NCBI RefSeq assembly: GCF_001194135.2
Contig: NC_068992.1
Location: 36,239,722-36,274,003 of the forward strand
Direction of reading: 5' to 3'
From: Octopus bimaculoides
Lineage: Eukaryota
Length of the DNA: 34,282 nucleotides
Shown here in pieces: positions 10,431 to 23,193 of the stretch. Numbering within the stretch: the first letter of the stretch is position 1; every line of letters begins with the position of its first letter. The notes beneath the pieces were generated by a model. The model ran no database searches. It had not been told where the DNA came from and saw nothing but the letters and a program-made list of their open reading frames with translations. Position numbers and translations under genes: made by a program.

Positions 10431-11159
10431 TCCTCTCTTCATCTGACACCCCTCTTCTCCTCTCTTCACCTGACACCTACTTCCTCTCTTCACTCTTACC
10501 CACCTTCTCTCTTCATTCATACCCCCTCTACATACCCCCTACTCCTACCCCACACCACTCATACCACACTGCGACCCCATACCACCCCACCACATCACCC
10601 CACACCACTCCACACACCACTAGCACTGACCAAACCACTTCCCAGCACCCACACTACACACCATCATCTGTACACCCACACACCATCATCCACATACCCA
10701 CACATTACAAAAGCACACACACACATGTACACGTCAAAATCACTAGCCCCTACTCATACACACACATGCATGTGCACCTTCATTTTGGGATCACCAATAC
10801 TTTATTATCTCCCCTTCTTTCTACCACTCTTGTCAAACCTTTTTTCTCTCAACCAGTTGCCATGCTTGATTGCTAAACCCACACATTCTTTTCTATTCTT
10901 GCTCTGTTTATATTCTCTTATTCTTTATATATATATATAGATACATACATACATACATACATACATACATACATACACGCACACATGCATACATATATAT
11001 ATGTCTAGAAAACTCAGCTGCTTAAACTTTGTCCATTGTCCACATTCACTTGTTTGAATAAGTGAATATNNNNNNNNNNNNNNNNNNNNNNNNNNNNNNN
11101 NNNNNNNNNNNNNNNNNNNNNNNNNNNNNNNNNNNNNNNNNNNNNNAATAACACTGACA

Positions 11160-11896
11160 CCTAATTTTAACAGATATATTTACCAAAATTGCATAAAAAT
11201 ATCTTGAAATACTATAGAGTAAATTCATTCAATAAAATCGCCACTAGCTTCAACCACGGCCTCCAGACGACTTCAGAATCTCCTGCAGCTCTTCTGGATG
11301 GTTTCCTTGTTTAAGTTGGTGAATGTTACCATAATCCTTGCAATCTGGGGTGTTAGGTGCCAGGGGTGATGTGGTTGCAGAAATTGTCTGACAGCCATGA
11401 CTAGGTTCTCCTGCTTGTGTGAGATGGTGCAGAGTCCTGTTGCTAGACATAGGGTCTTCCAGCAGCCACCCTCTTGACCCAGGGCAGCACCTCCTCCAAA
11501 CATGTGATGTAGGTTTCCATGTTGAGTCTGAGGTAGTGTGAGAAGATGAATGGAAGCATAACATCACTATCACTAGTAATCACTCTAAACACCATGATGT
11601 TGGCTGGATGTTTGATTTTTATCTCACTCTCAGTACATTTCCTCAGATTGCACTATCCTCTGATTGACACCCAAACACTCTGAAATGTTCCTATTAGAAC
11701 TTCCTGCACAAATGCCAAGCAGCACAGCATGTCTTTTCCAAATTTCTTGCAGAATGAATTGTATCATGGTGCTGTTTTTTTCAAAGATGGTGCCCAACTG
11801 ACCCTACGATACTGTGTAGTCAACAAAATCAAAAACAAGCAATGCACATGCATGAAATTAAAAATATAAAATGGCAACAATTTACTCATCACACCC

Positions 11897-11900
<4 letters not shown>
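11160..11900 (-). mobile_element. Tc1/mariner transposon relic, probably maT/DD37D type, internally deleted
   Basis: Minus: KHPANIMVFRVITSDSDVMLPFIFSHYLRLNMETYITCLEEVLPWVKRVAAGRPYV*QQDSAPSHTSRRT*SWL...PNTPDC..RF*SRLEAVVEASGDFIE*. TA+TAGGGTG terminus near 11900. The third catalytic residue is deleted, so the subtype is inferred. Confidence 0.85.
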
Positions 11901-11904
<4 letters not shown>

Positions 11905-11929
<25 letters not shown>

Positions 11930-12135
11930 CTTCATGTCTGCGTTTGTCCCTCCCCAACATTTGACAACTGGTATTAGTATTTACATTCCTGTAACTTGGC
12001 AGTTCAGCAAAATTGACCACTAGAATATGTACCAACGTTAAAAAAAAAAAAAGTAATAAGTACACAGGTCAATTCATTTAACTAAAAATTCTTCAAGGTA
12101 GTGCCACAGTCTAATGACTGAAACAAGTAAAAGAT
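11905..12135 (+). mobile_element. SINE family A 3' half
   Basis: (GT)n-TTTGTCCCTCCCC...TAATGACTGAAACAAGTAAAAGATGAAAG. Confidence 0.7.
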
Positions 12136-12351
12136 GAAAGATACATATGGAGAAACATTTATATTTATATGGTTGTGTAAAAACACATGCTCATAATCAT
12201 GTGTGTATGTACGTGTGTGTGTGTATATATATATCCTGTGTCTTAGTGTATGTGTGGCTGCTGTGCTATTTACAGTTGGTGCATTATGGGAGTAAATGTA
12301 AGCTATGACTACATCCTGTATTTTTCTCTGCTCTGCTCTTCTAATATTTCA

Positions 12352-12470
12352 TTCTCTCTCTCTCTCTCCCCTCTCTCTCTCTTTCTCTCTCTCCCCCCTC
12401 TCTCTTTCTCCCCCTCTCTCTCTCTCCCCCTCTCTCTCTCTATCTATCTATCTTTCTCTCCCCTCCTCTT
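12352..12470. repeat. (CT)n polypyrimidine microsatellite tract
   Basis: Direct reading of the sequence. Confidence 0.9.
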
Positions 12471-12857
12471 TTCATTGTTTTTCTTTGGTAGTTTTTACAC
12501 TATCTTTAGTGGAGGTAGTAGGAGGTAGTAATGGAATCCAAAATTACTCTCTCTAATGCTTTCTATGTTCCACTCTGTCTGTTTTTTAGTCTCCCATACT
12601 CATTTCTACTACCTCTTTATCATCCTCCCTTCACTCTCTCTCTCTCTCTCTCTTTCTCACTCTCTCTCCTACACACACACATACACACTTCTCTGTCTCT
12701 CCTCCTGATGGATGCTAGCTAACCAATATGACTCATGGCACAAAACTTTTGTCTGTTTGTTGTTATAGGATAATTCTGCCATTACACTTTTTTCACATAA
12801 ATACCAAGTATTTATGTTGCATACATTAACCTCTCATACATATTTGTCTGTGTGAGC

Positions 12858-13344
<487 letters not shown>

Positions 13345-14089
13345 GACCATGGCTTCAACACCTTTTATCAAAGGTCTGCTTAATCAGAGCAAAATTGGTG
13401 GAGTATACTGCCACAAATAAAAGATCCTTTATATGGTAGGTTGACCTGCTAGAAATGGTAGCTAATGCTCCATCAAATCACATCCTACTGCCTTAAAAAT
13501 GAAAGACTGCATTAGAGAAAATGTACTCACTGGGAACTATTATTATTATACATACTTAGCGATATTTCATCTGCTGCTACATTCTTAGTTCAAATGCCAC
13601 CAAGGTCGACTTTGCCTTTCAGGGTCAATGTAATTGACTAGTCCCCCACCATACACACAAAATTTCATGTCTTGTGCCTTTGGTAGAAAAGATTATATAT
13701 GGATTATCCCAAGTTCACCCAGCAGAGAGACCAGCTATTTAAACTGACAGGTATATCATCAGAACTATGAAAGATATAAAGACTAAGAAAATGCCTGGAC
13801 TACCAATGATAGTTGTTGAGAAAGTCAAAATATCGAGGAAAGTAGGATGCATGCTAGGTACTTGCCTAGTCAAGCAGGTAATTCATAAAGTGGTCATTCT
13901 AACAGAAGCATCAAACTAATGGGGAGATCTAAGCCATGATGATTATTACTGATTTCATAGAACAAACTATTACACTTAACATTTGTTGATCCAAAGGTTT
14001 TGATAGAATACCATACTAGTTGTATGGCTTATAAGAACCATATAAGCCTTATAACAAAATGCTGTCTGCAAGGTGAAAATTAGCAATGG

Positions 14090-14560
14090 GTTCACTGAGG
14101 AATTTAGTGTGGTTGGTATTAGTAAATTGAGCTAGATATGGGATGTATATGAAAAATAACAGAATTGGGTAAATAAGTGTCAAGCAATCCAAGTGGAAGA
14201 AGTATGTATTAGAAGAATAACAAGGAAGACTTGGGGAAAAAGTGGTGAAAGCTGACCTCAAGAAGCTAAACATCCTAAAAGGGATGATAAAGGACTGCAA
14301 TAAGTAGCAAGAGATTATGCTCATTTGATGTGGAATCATTATCTGAAAAATGCAGTTTCCTCCACAAAATTTGTGCAAGATGGAAGTGTGTTTCTGCCAT
14401 AAAAAATGCATCCTGTACACACTGTGAAGTGGTTGGTATGAGAAATGGTGTCAGAACAGACATTGGAGCATAATACAATCTTTGGACTTATTGAATCTTG
14501 CTTAACTGTCCAACCCATGCCAGCATGGAACAAGGATAATAAATGATGACAACGACAATG
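14090..14560 (+). mobile_element. RTE LINE 3' end (RT C-terminus plus family B tail), heavily decayed
   Basis: WVNKCQAIQVEEVCIRRITRKTWGKVVKADLKKL resembles the RTE GRPRKTW.EVV..DL motif; followed by CAACCCATGCCAGCATGGAA..AAATGATGAC. Confidence 0.7.
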
Positions 14561-14755
14561 ATTGGTCTCCCAGATTTTGCATTGATCTTTATTTTCTTTG
14601 CCTCTACAGATGGGGGAAAGAAATAGAGAGAAACATACACACAAAAACACACATGTTCATACATACATACACACACACATATATATATGTATGCATGTGT
14701 GTATACATGCACATCTATCTATCTATAGTATATATATATATATATATATATATAT

Positions 14756-15125
14756 NNNNNNNNNNNNNNNNNNNNNNNNNNNNNNNNNNNNNNNNNNNNN
14801 NNNNNNNNNNNNNNNNNNNNNNNNNNNNNNNNNNNNNNNNNNNNNNNNNNNNNNNNNNNNNNNNNNNNNNNNNNNNNNNNNNNNNNNNNNNNNNNNNNNN
14901 NNNNNNNNNNNNNNNNNNNNNNNNNNNNNNNNNNNNNNNNNNNNNNNNNNNNNNNNNNNNNNNNNNNNNNNNNNNNNNNNNNNNNNNNNNNNNNNNNNNN
15001 NNNNNNNNNNNNNNNNNNNNNNNNNNNNNNNNNNNNNNNNNNNNNNNNNNNNNNNNNNNNNNNNNNNNNNNNNNNNNNNNNNNNNNNNNNNNNNNNNNNN
15101 NNNNNNNNNNNNNNNNNNNNNNNNN
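14756..15125. other. Assembly gap (N run); others at 1604-1613, 11070-11146, 29090-29169 and 32772-33016
   Basis: Direct reading; most gaps abut TA-rich microsatellites. Confidence 0.99.
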
Positions 15126-15164
<39 letters not shown>

Positions 15165-15329
15165 TAGAGGAAAAATCAAAACCAAAACAGAACAAGTATT
15201 TCAAGTCATTTAGCATAATTTAATTAGGGTAACCTTAATTAAATCATTCTAATTAAATTATTCTAAATGACTTGAGATACATGTTCTGCCTTAGTTTTGA
15301 TATTTCCTCTAATATAATATATACCTGCC

Positions 15330-15870
15330 ATAACGGAATCCTAACATAGATCTCTAGCTGTGATCTTGGAACCTAAAAGGACAGGACATTCGGAGTTTTC
15401 AATCTTCAGTTGAGAAGCAGATCGTCTTTGCAGTTTCGGCCAGTTAATCTCGAGACTGCTCTAATCTGGCCAGCTCCAAGGAAATCTAAGCTAAGAGCAT
15501 TAGATTCTTTGGAAGAAAGCAAGCAAATGTTTACAAAAACAAAGACGGAAAGACAAAAACGGAGAAATGGTACACAATTACAAATACAAACAATAGGACA
15601 TTAACAACAAGTGTCTTTTGACTAAGGATGAATTAAATTAAGCTGGCATATGTGGAAGTGAAGCCTTATGGCAGGAACATTGGAGATAAATGTCATGGGA
15701 AGAAATACCAGAGATGCTGCACAGCTAGTAGTGGATCCATGAAAGAAAAGTCAAGCTTGGCTGACCACCAGTCACATGGAAGGAGGGGAGAGAGGTAGTG
15801 GATAGAGGGATTGAAGAATTAGGGCGGGATGAGAAAGAGAGAGAAAAAACAGAAAGAGACAGACTGAGGT
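15330..15870 (-). mobile_element. Probable PLE-derived terminal repeat with a decayed hammerhead-like core
   Basis: Minus: AGAGCAGT..ACTGGCC-GAAAC-TGC-AAAGAC resembles AGAGC..GCTT-GAAAT-GTA-AAAGAC at 32625-32652. No protein homology recognised. Confidence 0.35.
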
Positions 15871-16011
15871 AAAATGATGAGAATGAAGGGAGTACTAAGA
15901 AATGTGAGAGAGGATGAGAGCGAGAAAAAGAAAAGTGGAAGGAACACAGAAAGTGTGAAAGGAGCTGAAGGAAAGAGTAAGAGTCGTACAGAATTTATAT
16001 ATATATATCTG

Positions 16012-16120
16012 TACTTACATACAGGAGACCAAAAGTGTACGTATGCTGATATATATATATATATATACTTACATACAAGAGACCAAAAGTGTATGTATGC
16101 TGATATATATATATATATAT
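16012..16120. repeat. About 54-bp tandem duplication containing (TA)n
   Basis: TACTTACATACARGAGACCAAAAGTGTAYGTATGCTGATATATA occurs twice. Confidence 0.85.
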
Positions 16121-16956
16121 ATATTTATATTAGAAATAATACATTTCTAAATCTCTCAGAGAGACTTAAGCAGTAGTGATGCAATAAAGTAGTTGTATAC
16201 TGCCAACTTAACGTGACAGTCCCAATAAGGGAATATACTACTGCTATTTAGCCCTAGGAAGCTGGACCGCTTCCTGTCGGCCTTGACACATACATACATA
16301 CATACATATACACATACAAACAAACAGACAAGCTTTCTCAGTTTCTGTCTACCAAATCCCACTCAGAAGGCTGGAGTAGCAATCTCTTGACCAAGATCCT
16401 CTATCAGACCTGTATCCACATGCTAGTGAAACAAACTCAACTACACAGTTCACAGTTACATCCATGTGCCTCAATTATTTTTACTAATAAATGTGTTGTT
16501 CATGTAACGATGGATGTGAACCACTAATTTCCATTGACAACTAGTAGCTATCCCTAACTTTGGGATTGAACGAGCTGGATATATAATGAGGATATGATTT
16601 CAGAAGAATGAAATGTAAATTCATTCCTGAAGAGATGTGTTCTCAAAATTTGAAAGGATAGAGTTTTAGTTTCTTAGTCTACCAATTTTGACACTCCACA
16701 ATTCCTGGAAAGGTGTTAATAGCCCTTAATGAGAGGAAGGAAATAGTTGTTATAATTGATAAATATGAAGATATAACAGAATTCTTTCGTGTTCACTACA
16801 CTAAGTAGCACTTCACTATATAGTTTTACAGATTGCATCCTTGGTAAATTCTCTGTCATTTAAATCACTTAATCAGTGAATAAACTTCACAAAAACACTA
16901 TATCTTCTCAAAATTATTCTGCACTCTGGTATGTATTTATTAGACTGCAATTCACT

Positions 16957-17815
16957 ACAGGGCCAGCAAATTCAATGGGTGGGGTAAGTCAACTATGTAA
17001 ACTCCAGTCCTCATCTGGTACTTATATCATTGACACTGAAAGGATGAAAGGCAAAGTTAACTTCAGTGGAATTTGAACATAAGAATGGACGAAATGCCAC
17101 CAAGCATTTTGCCCAGTGTGGTAATGAGTTTGGCAGTGTGCCACCTTGAAGAAATCTTGTAATATTGATTTCAAATTTTAGCACAAGGCCAGAAATTTCA
17201 GGAGAGGGGTAAGTCAATTATATCAATCTCAATGCTCAGCTGATACTTATTTTATTGATCCTGAAAAGATAAAAAGCAAAGTCAACCATGGTAGAATTTG
17301 AAATAAGAACATAAAGACAAACAAAATATCACTAAGCATTTTGCCCAGTGTGCTAATATTACTATCAGCTTGCCAACTTGAAGAAATCTAATATTAATTT
17401 CAAATTTTGGCACAAGGTCAACAGTTTCTGGTTAGGGGTTATGTCAATTACATCAACCCCAGTACTCAACTGGTACTTATTCTGTTGCCCCCAAAAGGAT
17501 GAAAGGCAAAGATGGATGAAATGTTGCTAAACATTTTGCCTGCCATGGTAACGATTCTGCCAGCTCAACGCCTTAGCAAATCTAATAATATTGATTTCAA
17601 GTTTTGGCACAAAGACATCAAGTCTGAGGGAGAGAGTAAGTTGATTAATTGACCCCAGTGCTCAGCTGGTACTTATATATTGTCCCTGAAAAGATGAGAG
17701 GCAAAGTCGACCTTGGCAGAATTTGAATCCATAATGTAAAGATGGACAAAATGTCACTAAGCATTTTGCCCAGTGTACTAATGATTTTGCTGACATGCTG
17801 CCTTAGGAAATCTAA
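16957..17815 (+). repeat. Head-to-tail array of four diverged family C repeat units (about 200-230 bp)
   Basis: Each unit has GGGGTAAGTC..ACTGGTACTTAT..GAAAGGATGAAAGGCAAAG..AAGCATTTTGCCC and ends GAAATCT. Single copies at 25870-25995 and 30625-30840 (+); fragments near 13570-13700 and 24130-24260 (-). Confidence 0.85.
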
Positions 17816-18310
17816 TAAAATTAAAACATATTTGATTTTGTCACTGTACTTGTGAAAGGTCAGACTTATTTCTTACTGCATGTCTCTGATTTTATCAATT
17901 CAAATTTCAGAATTCATTGTTTTGTTGTCACCAACACTAATGAGTTTGCTTCATTAGTGGGTTAAATTTCATTTGATTTAGCACTTTAGTTTTTTCACTC
18001 ACTACTCTAAATATGTTAGTCTGCACTTGACTTATAGTTGATATTGACCATTGGATGAACACTGGTGTGTTTCTGGTATTTATTTTACTTTGAGAGAATT
18101 AAAAGCAAAGCCAGGATTTTAATTCAAAATGCAGCAAAGAATTTTTGATATCAAGACACTGTCCTTTCTATAACACTAATCATACTATTCATAATAGCAA
18201 TATTTTTAATAATTTTACATTTATATATCTGATTGGTTGGTGGGTATAGTCATAAGTGGCTGCCCTATAATTGTTTGTGATGTAAAAAAAAGTTAAGTCT
18301 TTATTTTCAG

Positions 18311-18337
18311 CAAACTAAGACACTCTTATATTTTCAT
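18311..18337 (+). CDS. Candidate 27-nt internal microexon of the host gene (KLRHSYIF)
   Basis: CTTTATTTTCAG acceptor and GTAAGT donor. Phase 2-2 is open and AT+G joins exon 19092 as ATG. Confidence 0.45.
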
Positions 18338-19091
18338 GTAAGTTTCAGAAAATAGTGTTACAAATATTTTCTTTACTGAGATATGCCTGTCACTAATGTT
18401 TACTTTTCTAAGATATACCAGTTTTTCTCTGTGGATGGATAGAGCAGTCCAGAATTTGAATTTTTTTATTTTGGAGGAATAATTATGCTATTGCCATTGT
18501 ATGTCCTTCCAAGTTCAAAACACTTGAATGTGAAATATGAACGCTAAATGTATGTCAGTCTAACATACTAAACCAATGTTATATGCTTTGTACATAGATG
18601 ACTGCAATCTTCTAGCATTATAGCTTCAGGAGTAAAGTTTGAACTTATTCCTATAAGTAATGTGCATTTGATGATGACAATGAGGCTAAAAGCAAAAAAT
18701 GCTAAGCTTCAATATTGCACTAAAATTCGTAGTTACGTGAATTTATTGATTGCCAAATTGCTGAACAAACTGACATTACTCCATAACTAAGAGCTTGGTC
18801 TGTTTTAATATTTAACTTTTGCTAGCTCAGCCCATATAGATTTGAAACAATTTCCTGTGAATGGTAGTGAGAGCACTGCATAATTGTCAAATGTTTCATT
18901 AGCTTGCAGTGCTCACTTTAAAGCATCCAACGGGTTATTTTATTTTTTTAAAACTTACCTATTTTTTTTTTATTGGAATGGTATATAGGAAGGGACTATG
19001 CATATGACCTTTGCAAACTTTCCAAGACCAGAGCTACTGACACAGCTAATGCTCCACTTGAACAAGTAATTGTAAAATGATTCTAAAATAG

Positions 19092-19171
19092 GCAAGAAGA
19101 CCAAATGTTCAGCATTCCCATAATTAAAGTTCAAAATGTAGACAATGAAGAAGAGTACTGCATTCTTGCAT
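19092..19171 (+). CDS. Internal exon of uncharacterised host gene (QEDQMFSIPIIKVQNVDNEEEYCILA)
   Basis: AAATAG acceptor (weak pyrimidine tract) and GTAAGT donor. Only one frame is open (phase 2-1), matching the next exon. Confidence 0.55.
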
Positions 19172-20729
19172 GTAAGTTTGATGTTTGGTGCATATGTAGT
19201 TAATTATTGCAATTGAGTAGAAGTACTTTATCTCAGGGCTGGTTTAGCTGACTAATTGTATTGGTATCCATTATGGCTATTCACAAATTCTCCTTGACAT
19301 TTGTGTGTGTAAAAATATCCACTCATACTATTCAGAAACAAATATTCTTAGAATTCTAAAATACTTTTTCAAGGAAATAGTTTTAACTCATTTAAACCAT
19401 ATATCTTGGCAGCAAATACGAAAAAATATGTTGAATTCTGAGAATATTTATGTCTTTGAATGTATGAAGAGGTATTATAAATCCTGTCTGTTCATTTATC
19501 TATCCTGATATTTTATTATAATATTTTTTACCACCATGTTAATTGAAGTTAGGTATATTCTGTTTAATATAGAATTTTTTCAGCTCTATAATATTATAAA
19601 ACATTTTTACACAGCTTGGTCATTATAAATTCATTTTATATTGGTTAAAGTTTAGATATTCTTCTATTCTGATTCAGTGTCACTCACTAGAGTACATAAA
19701 CAATACTGGCTATGCGCACGCATGTGTGTGTGTGTGTTTTATATATACACATATATATGCGTGCATACATACATACATACATACATACATACATACATAC
19801 ATACATACATACATGCACGTGTGTGCATATGTCTGCTTAAAGTTGCACTTTTTAAAAAATTTGCTAGTTACAAGTGGTAATACTGTTGTCATTTCTCCTG
19901 TCAACAAATTGTTTACTAACTTTGTGCCTTCAGAGACATGTAAAATAAGAGATTCTTTACTTGCAAATTAGGTAAAGGTCAGTGACATGGAGGGTATGTA
20001 GCTGTGAAACAATGCCTGAATAACATATTCATCTAACCCATGTTAGCATGAACAAAAAGCACATAAAAGCAAACAAAATGTTTATGTACATGCACACACA
20101 CGCATACGCACACATATAGATACACACACACACACACACATACGATGATACATACATACATACATACATACATGCATGCATGCATGCATGTATCTATTCA
20201 CATATTAACCACCTTCATATTAGACCATTATCAGCACTGTCACCAACATCATTATCAATGTCATTATAAAAACTACCATCGTCATTCTCTTCCAGTTTTG
20301 TGTCTTAGGATGTGGGAGAGGTAGAAATTGTTGTCAGTAGTTACAGTTATAATGCAGTGGTGATGATGTTTGGGATATGGTGAGAATAATTGTCTGTATC
20401 AAGGAGAAAATGATGCTGGTGATACTGATGGTGACAGTAATAATCACTTGGTATTGTGATGGAGAAGCTAGTGTTGTATGACGTTGTTTAATAACCTCCA
20501 CTATAGATGACATTGGCAGTCATTTTCAGTAGACTGACTGATATTGTTAAAATTAGATTCTCTGGCAACATCCTTCCCTTAGTTTTTTATTGTGACCCAC
20601 TAAAATGATGAAGTTCCTTAGTAAAAACAAAACTAATTTGTTGTGTTTGTTTATAAACCAGGTAAGGCATAACGCAATCATGATTTATTCCTCTTAAATC
20701 AAAGTTAAAATCAAATCAAATCACAATCA

Positions 20730-21175
20730 AATGGAAATTGTAGTTGTGACCAATGCCAGTGCTGCCTGACTGGCTCCATGCTGGTGGCACACAATAAGTA
20801 CCATGCATGCATGGGTCATTGCCAGTGCCACCTGAACTGGCTCCCTGTGCCAGTGGCACGTAAAAAGCACCATCTGAACATGGTCGATGCAGCCTCCCCG
20901 CTCTGACTGGCTACTGTGCTGGTAGCACGTAAAAAGCACCATCTGAACGTAGCCGATGCCAGTGCCACCTAACTGGCTCCCGTGCCAGTGGCACATAAAA
21001 AGCACCTACTACACTCTTGGAGTGGCTGATGTTAGGAAGAGTATCGAGCCGTAGAAACACTACCAGATCAGATTGGAACCTAGTGCGGTCTCCTGGCTTC
21101 CCAGTCACCAGTCAAACCGTCCGACCCATGCCAGCATGGAAAACAGACGTTAAATGATGATGATGATGATGATGA
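20730..21175 (+). mobile_element. Family B repeat with four internal ~60-bp subrepeats and (GAT)n tail
   Basis: GCCAGTGCC..ACTGGCTCC..GTGCCAGTGGCACGTAAAAAGCACC repeated; 3' CCATGCCAGCATGGAAAACAGACGTTAAATGATGATGAT. Confidence 0.75.
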
Positions 21176-21185
21176 TAAAAGTTAG

Positions 21186-23193
21186 TATAATGGTGATTAT
21201 TCTCCTGAGTAGACTTCATAATCAACGTTGGTTGGTCACCAGTTTATAATGGTTTTGATTATCGGTTTATAAAGGTTTTGACTTGGAAGCGATAATAAAT
21301 ATAATTATTTCTTCAGTAGGAATCTATGGTGATAAACCCGACACTTATAACTTAATTATAAGCATTTACCAGCATACATAAATCTTAACTCAGGCTGCAT
21401 AAACACTGTGGTGAATTATACACACCAAGACACTCAACGTGTATGTATGTTGAAGATAATAAACCTTACTCTTCTTCACTGCTATAATAACAATTTCATA
21501 GTTGCAGAAATAAATTTCACCAACAGGTTGAAGAAAATGAAGAAAGAGAAATTATTTACTAAATTATTTTATTTACATACATATAATATTTACAGTACAT
21601 TTTTATAAGTCAAAAGAAAACTGTTGTAGAGAATTACAACATAAAATTTATGTTAACTAATTCTTCCATAACCAAGCTACAAGAGTTTTAAACAACAATT
21701 CAAAATAGCCTTGTTGAATTAGATAAAAGACGTGGCATAGCAATAACCAATATCTCAAGAGAGTGAGTGTCATGGAAACGAGTGACAACCAATGAACACT
21801 GAGAGTGAGTGTCGTGGAATCGAGTGACTACTAATGAACACTGATTAATTTCCCAAAAATCAGGGTTTTTATAACTGCTCATACCTGAATTATAAAATCT
21901 TTTTTTTTTTTTTAATTCCAGGAATATAAAAGTCCGTAAGAAATATATTCAAACATACTGAGAAAGTCTTTTGGGGAAAATGTACAATTCTACCACTTCT
22001 AGTTTTCTTTTCGCTTGTAGGTGATTTTAAAGTTGACTTGTAGATCTTTTTCTCAACCTTAAGTTCACTGCTTTGAGAATTGTTCTGTTTTGAGTTATTT
22101 TGAAATGTGTTGCTCAAATTTTTATTCTCATGACATGAAGACAGGTTGAAATAAACTTTTTTAACTCTGTCTAAACTGGCAATTTCCTTTTTACCATGCA
22201 TATCCAAGGTCATAGTTTTATCTTTAATTGACAAAACTTTAAAAGGTCCAGTGTATTTATAATTCTGTGAATGATGACTGACATCATTACGTACAAATAC
22301 ATGAGTCCAAGAATTAATATCAGAAGGGTCGAAACTTTTAATATTTTGTAATTTACTTGTAAAAGAAGGAACATCAGAGAGAAATCTCTTGAGTCGGGTT
22401 ACATAATTGTTAATATCTACATTAAAAGAATTGGTTTCTTCAAACATTTGGCAAGGTAGAGTTAATGTTGTTCCATAACAGCAGTTCAGCAGGAGAATAA
22501 AAATTTAAGCAGAAGGCTGCATGTTCAAATCACAACAGGGTCACCAATTTCTAACGGTGATTATTCTCCCAAGTAGACTTTGTAATTAACGTCGGCTGGT
22601 CACCAATTTATAACGCTTTTGATTATCTGGTTTATAAAGGTTTTGACTTGGAAGAGATAATAAATATAATCATTTCTTGAGTAGGAATCTATGGTGATAA
22701 ACCTGTCACTTATAAGCATTTACTAGCATACATAAATCTTAACTCAGGCTGCATAAACACTGTGGTGAATTATACACACCAAGACACTCAACGTGTATGT
22801 ATGTTGAAGATAATAAACCTTACTCTTTTTCACTGCTATAATAACAATTTCATAGTTGCAGAAATAAATTTCACCAACAGGTTGAAGAAAATGAAGAAAG
22901 AGAAATTATTTACTAAATTAGTTTATTTACATACATATAATATTTACAGTACATTTTTATAAGTCAAAAGAAAACTGTTGTAGAGAATTACAACATAAAA
23001 TTTATGTTAACTAATTCTTCCATAACCAAGCTACAAGAGTTTTGAACAACAATTCAAAATAGCCTTGTTGAATTAGATAAGAGACATGGCATATCTCAAG
23101 AGGGTGAGTGTCATGGAAACGAGTGACAACCAACGAACATTGATTAATTCCCAAAAAATCAGGGTTTTGATAACTGCTCATACCTGAATTCTA
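21186..23193 (-). mobile_element. Non-autonomous Ty3/Gypsy mini-element: 5'LTR (23193-22550), PBS, integrase C-terminus, PPT, 3'LTR (21894-21186)
   Basis: Direct repeats of about 645 and 710 bp with degenerate TG..CA-like ends. PBS TGGTGACCCTGTTGTGAT (22546-22529) matches the tRNA-Trp PBS TGGTGACCCCGACGTGAT at 15/18. Internal SPAEL.YGTTLTLP and THVFVRND..YTGPFKVL..SLDRVK..TRSGRIV. Purine tract abuts the 3' LTR. No TSD recognised. Confidence 0.9.
21890..22447 (-). pseudogene. Gypsy integrase C-terminal region (GPY/F module), open for 185 codons, no catalytic core
   Basis: ORF track plus motifs YTGPFKV, SLDRVK and TRSGR. Confidence 0.8.

Noticed and set aside
16710-16805. Open stretch KVLIALNERKEIVVIIDKYEDITEFFRVHYT as an upstream exon
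   Set aside because: Phase could fit, but acceptor and donor (GTAGCA) are weak; not supportable without RNA data.
18989-19065. Exon-like segment just upstream of exon 19092
   Set aside because: Would need a 26-nt intron and the phases do not match.
20590-20667. Strong donor CAG|GTAAGG at 20662
   Set aside because: No upstream acceptor gives an open phase 1-1 exon.
21408-21608. Duplicated 66-aa ORF (also 22762-22962)
   Set aside because: Lies inside the two LTRs, GTG start, no motif; a by-product of LTR identity.
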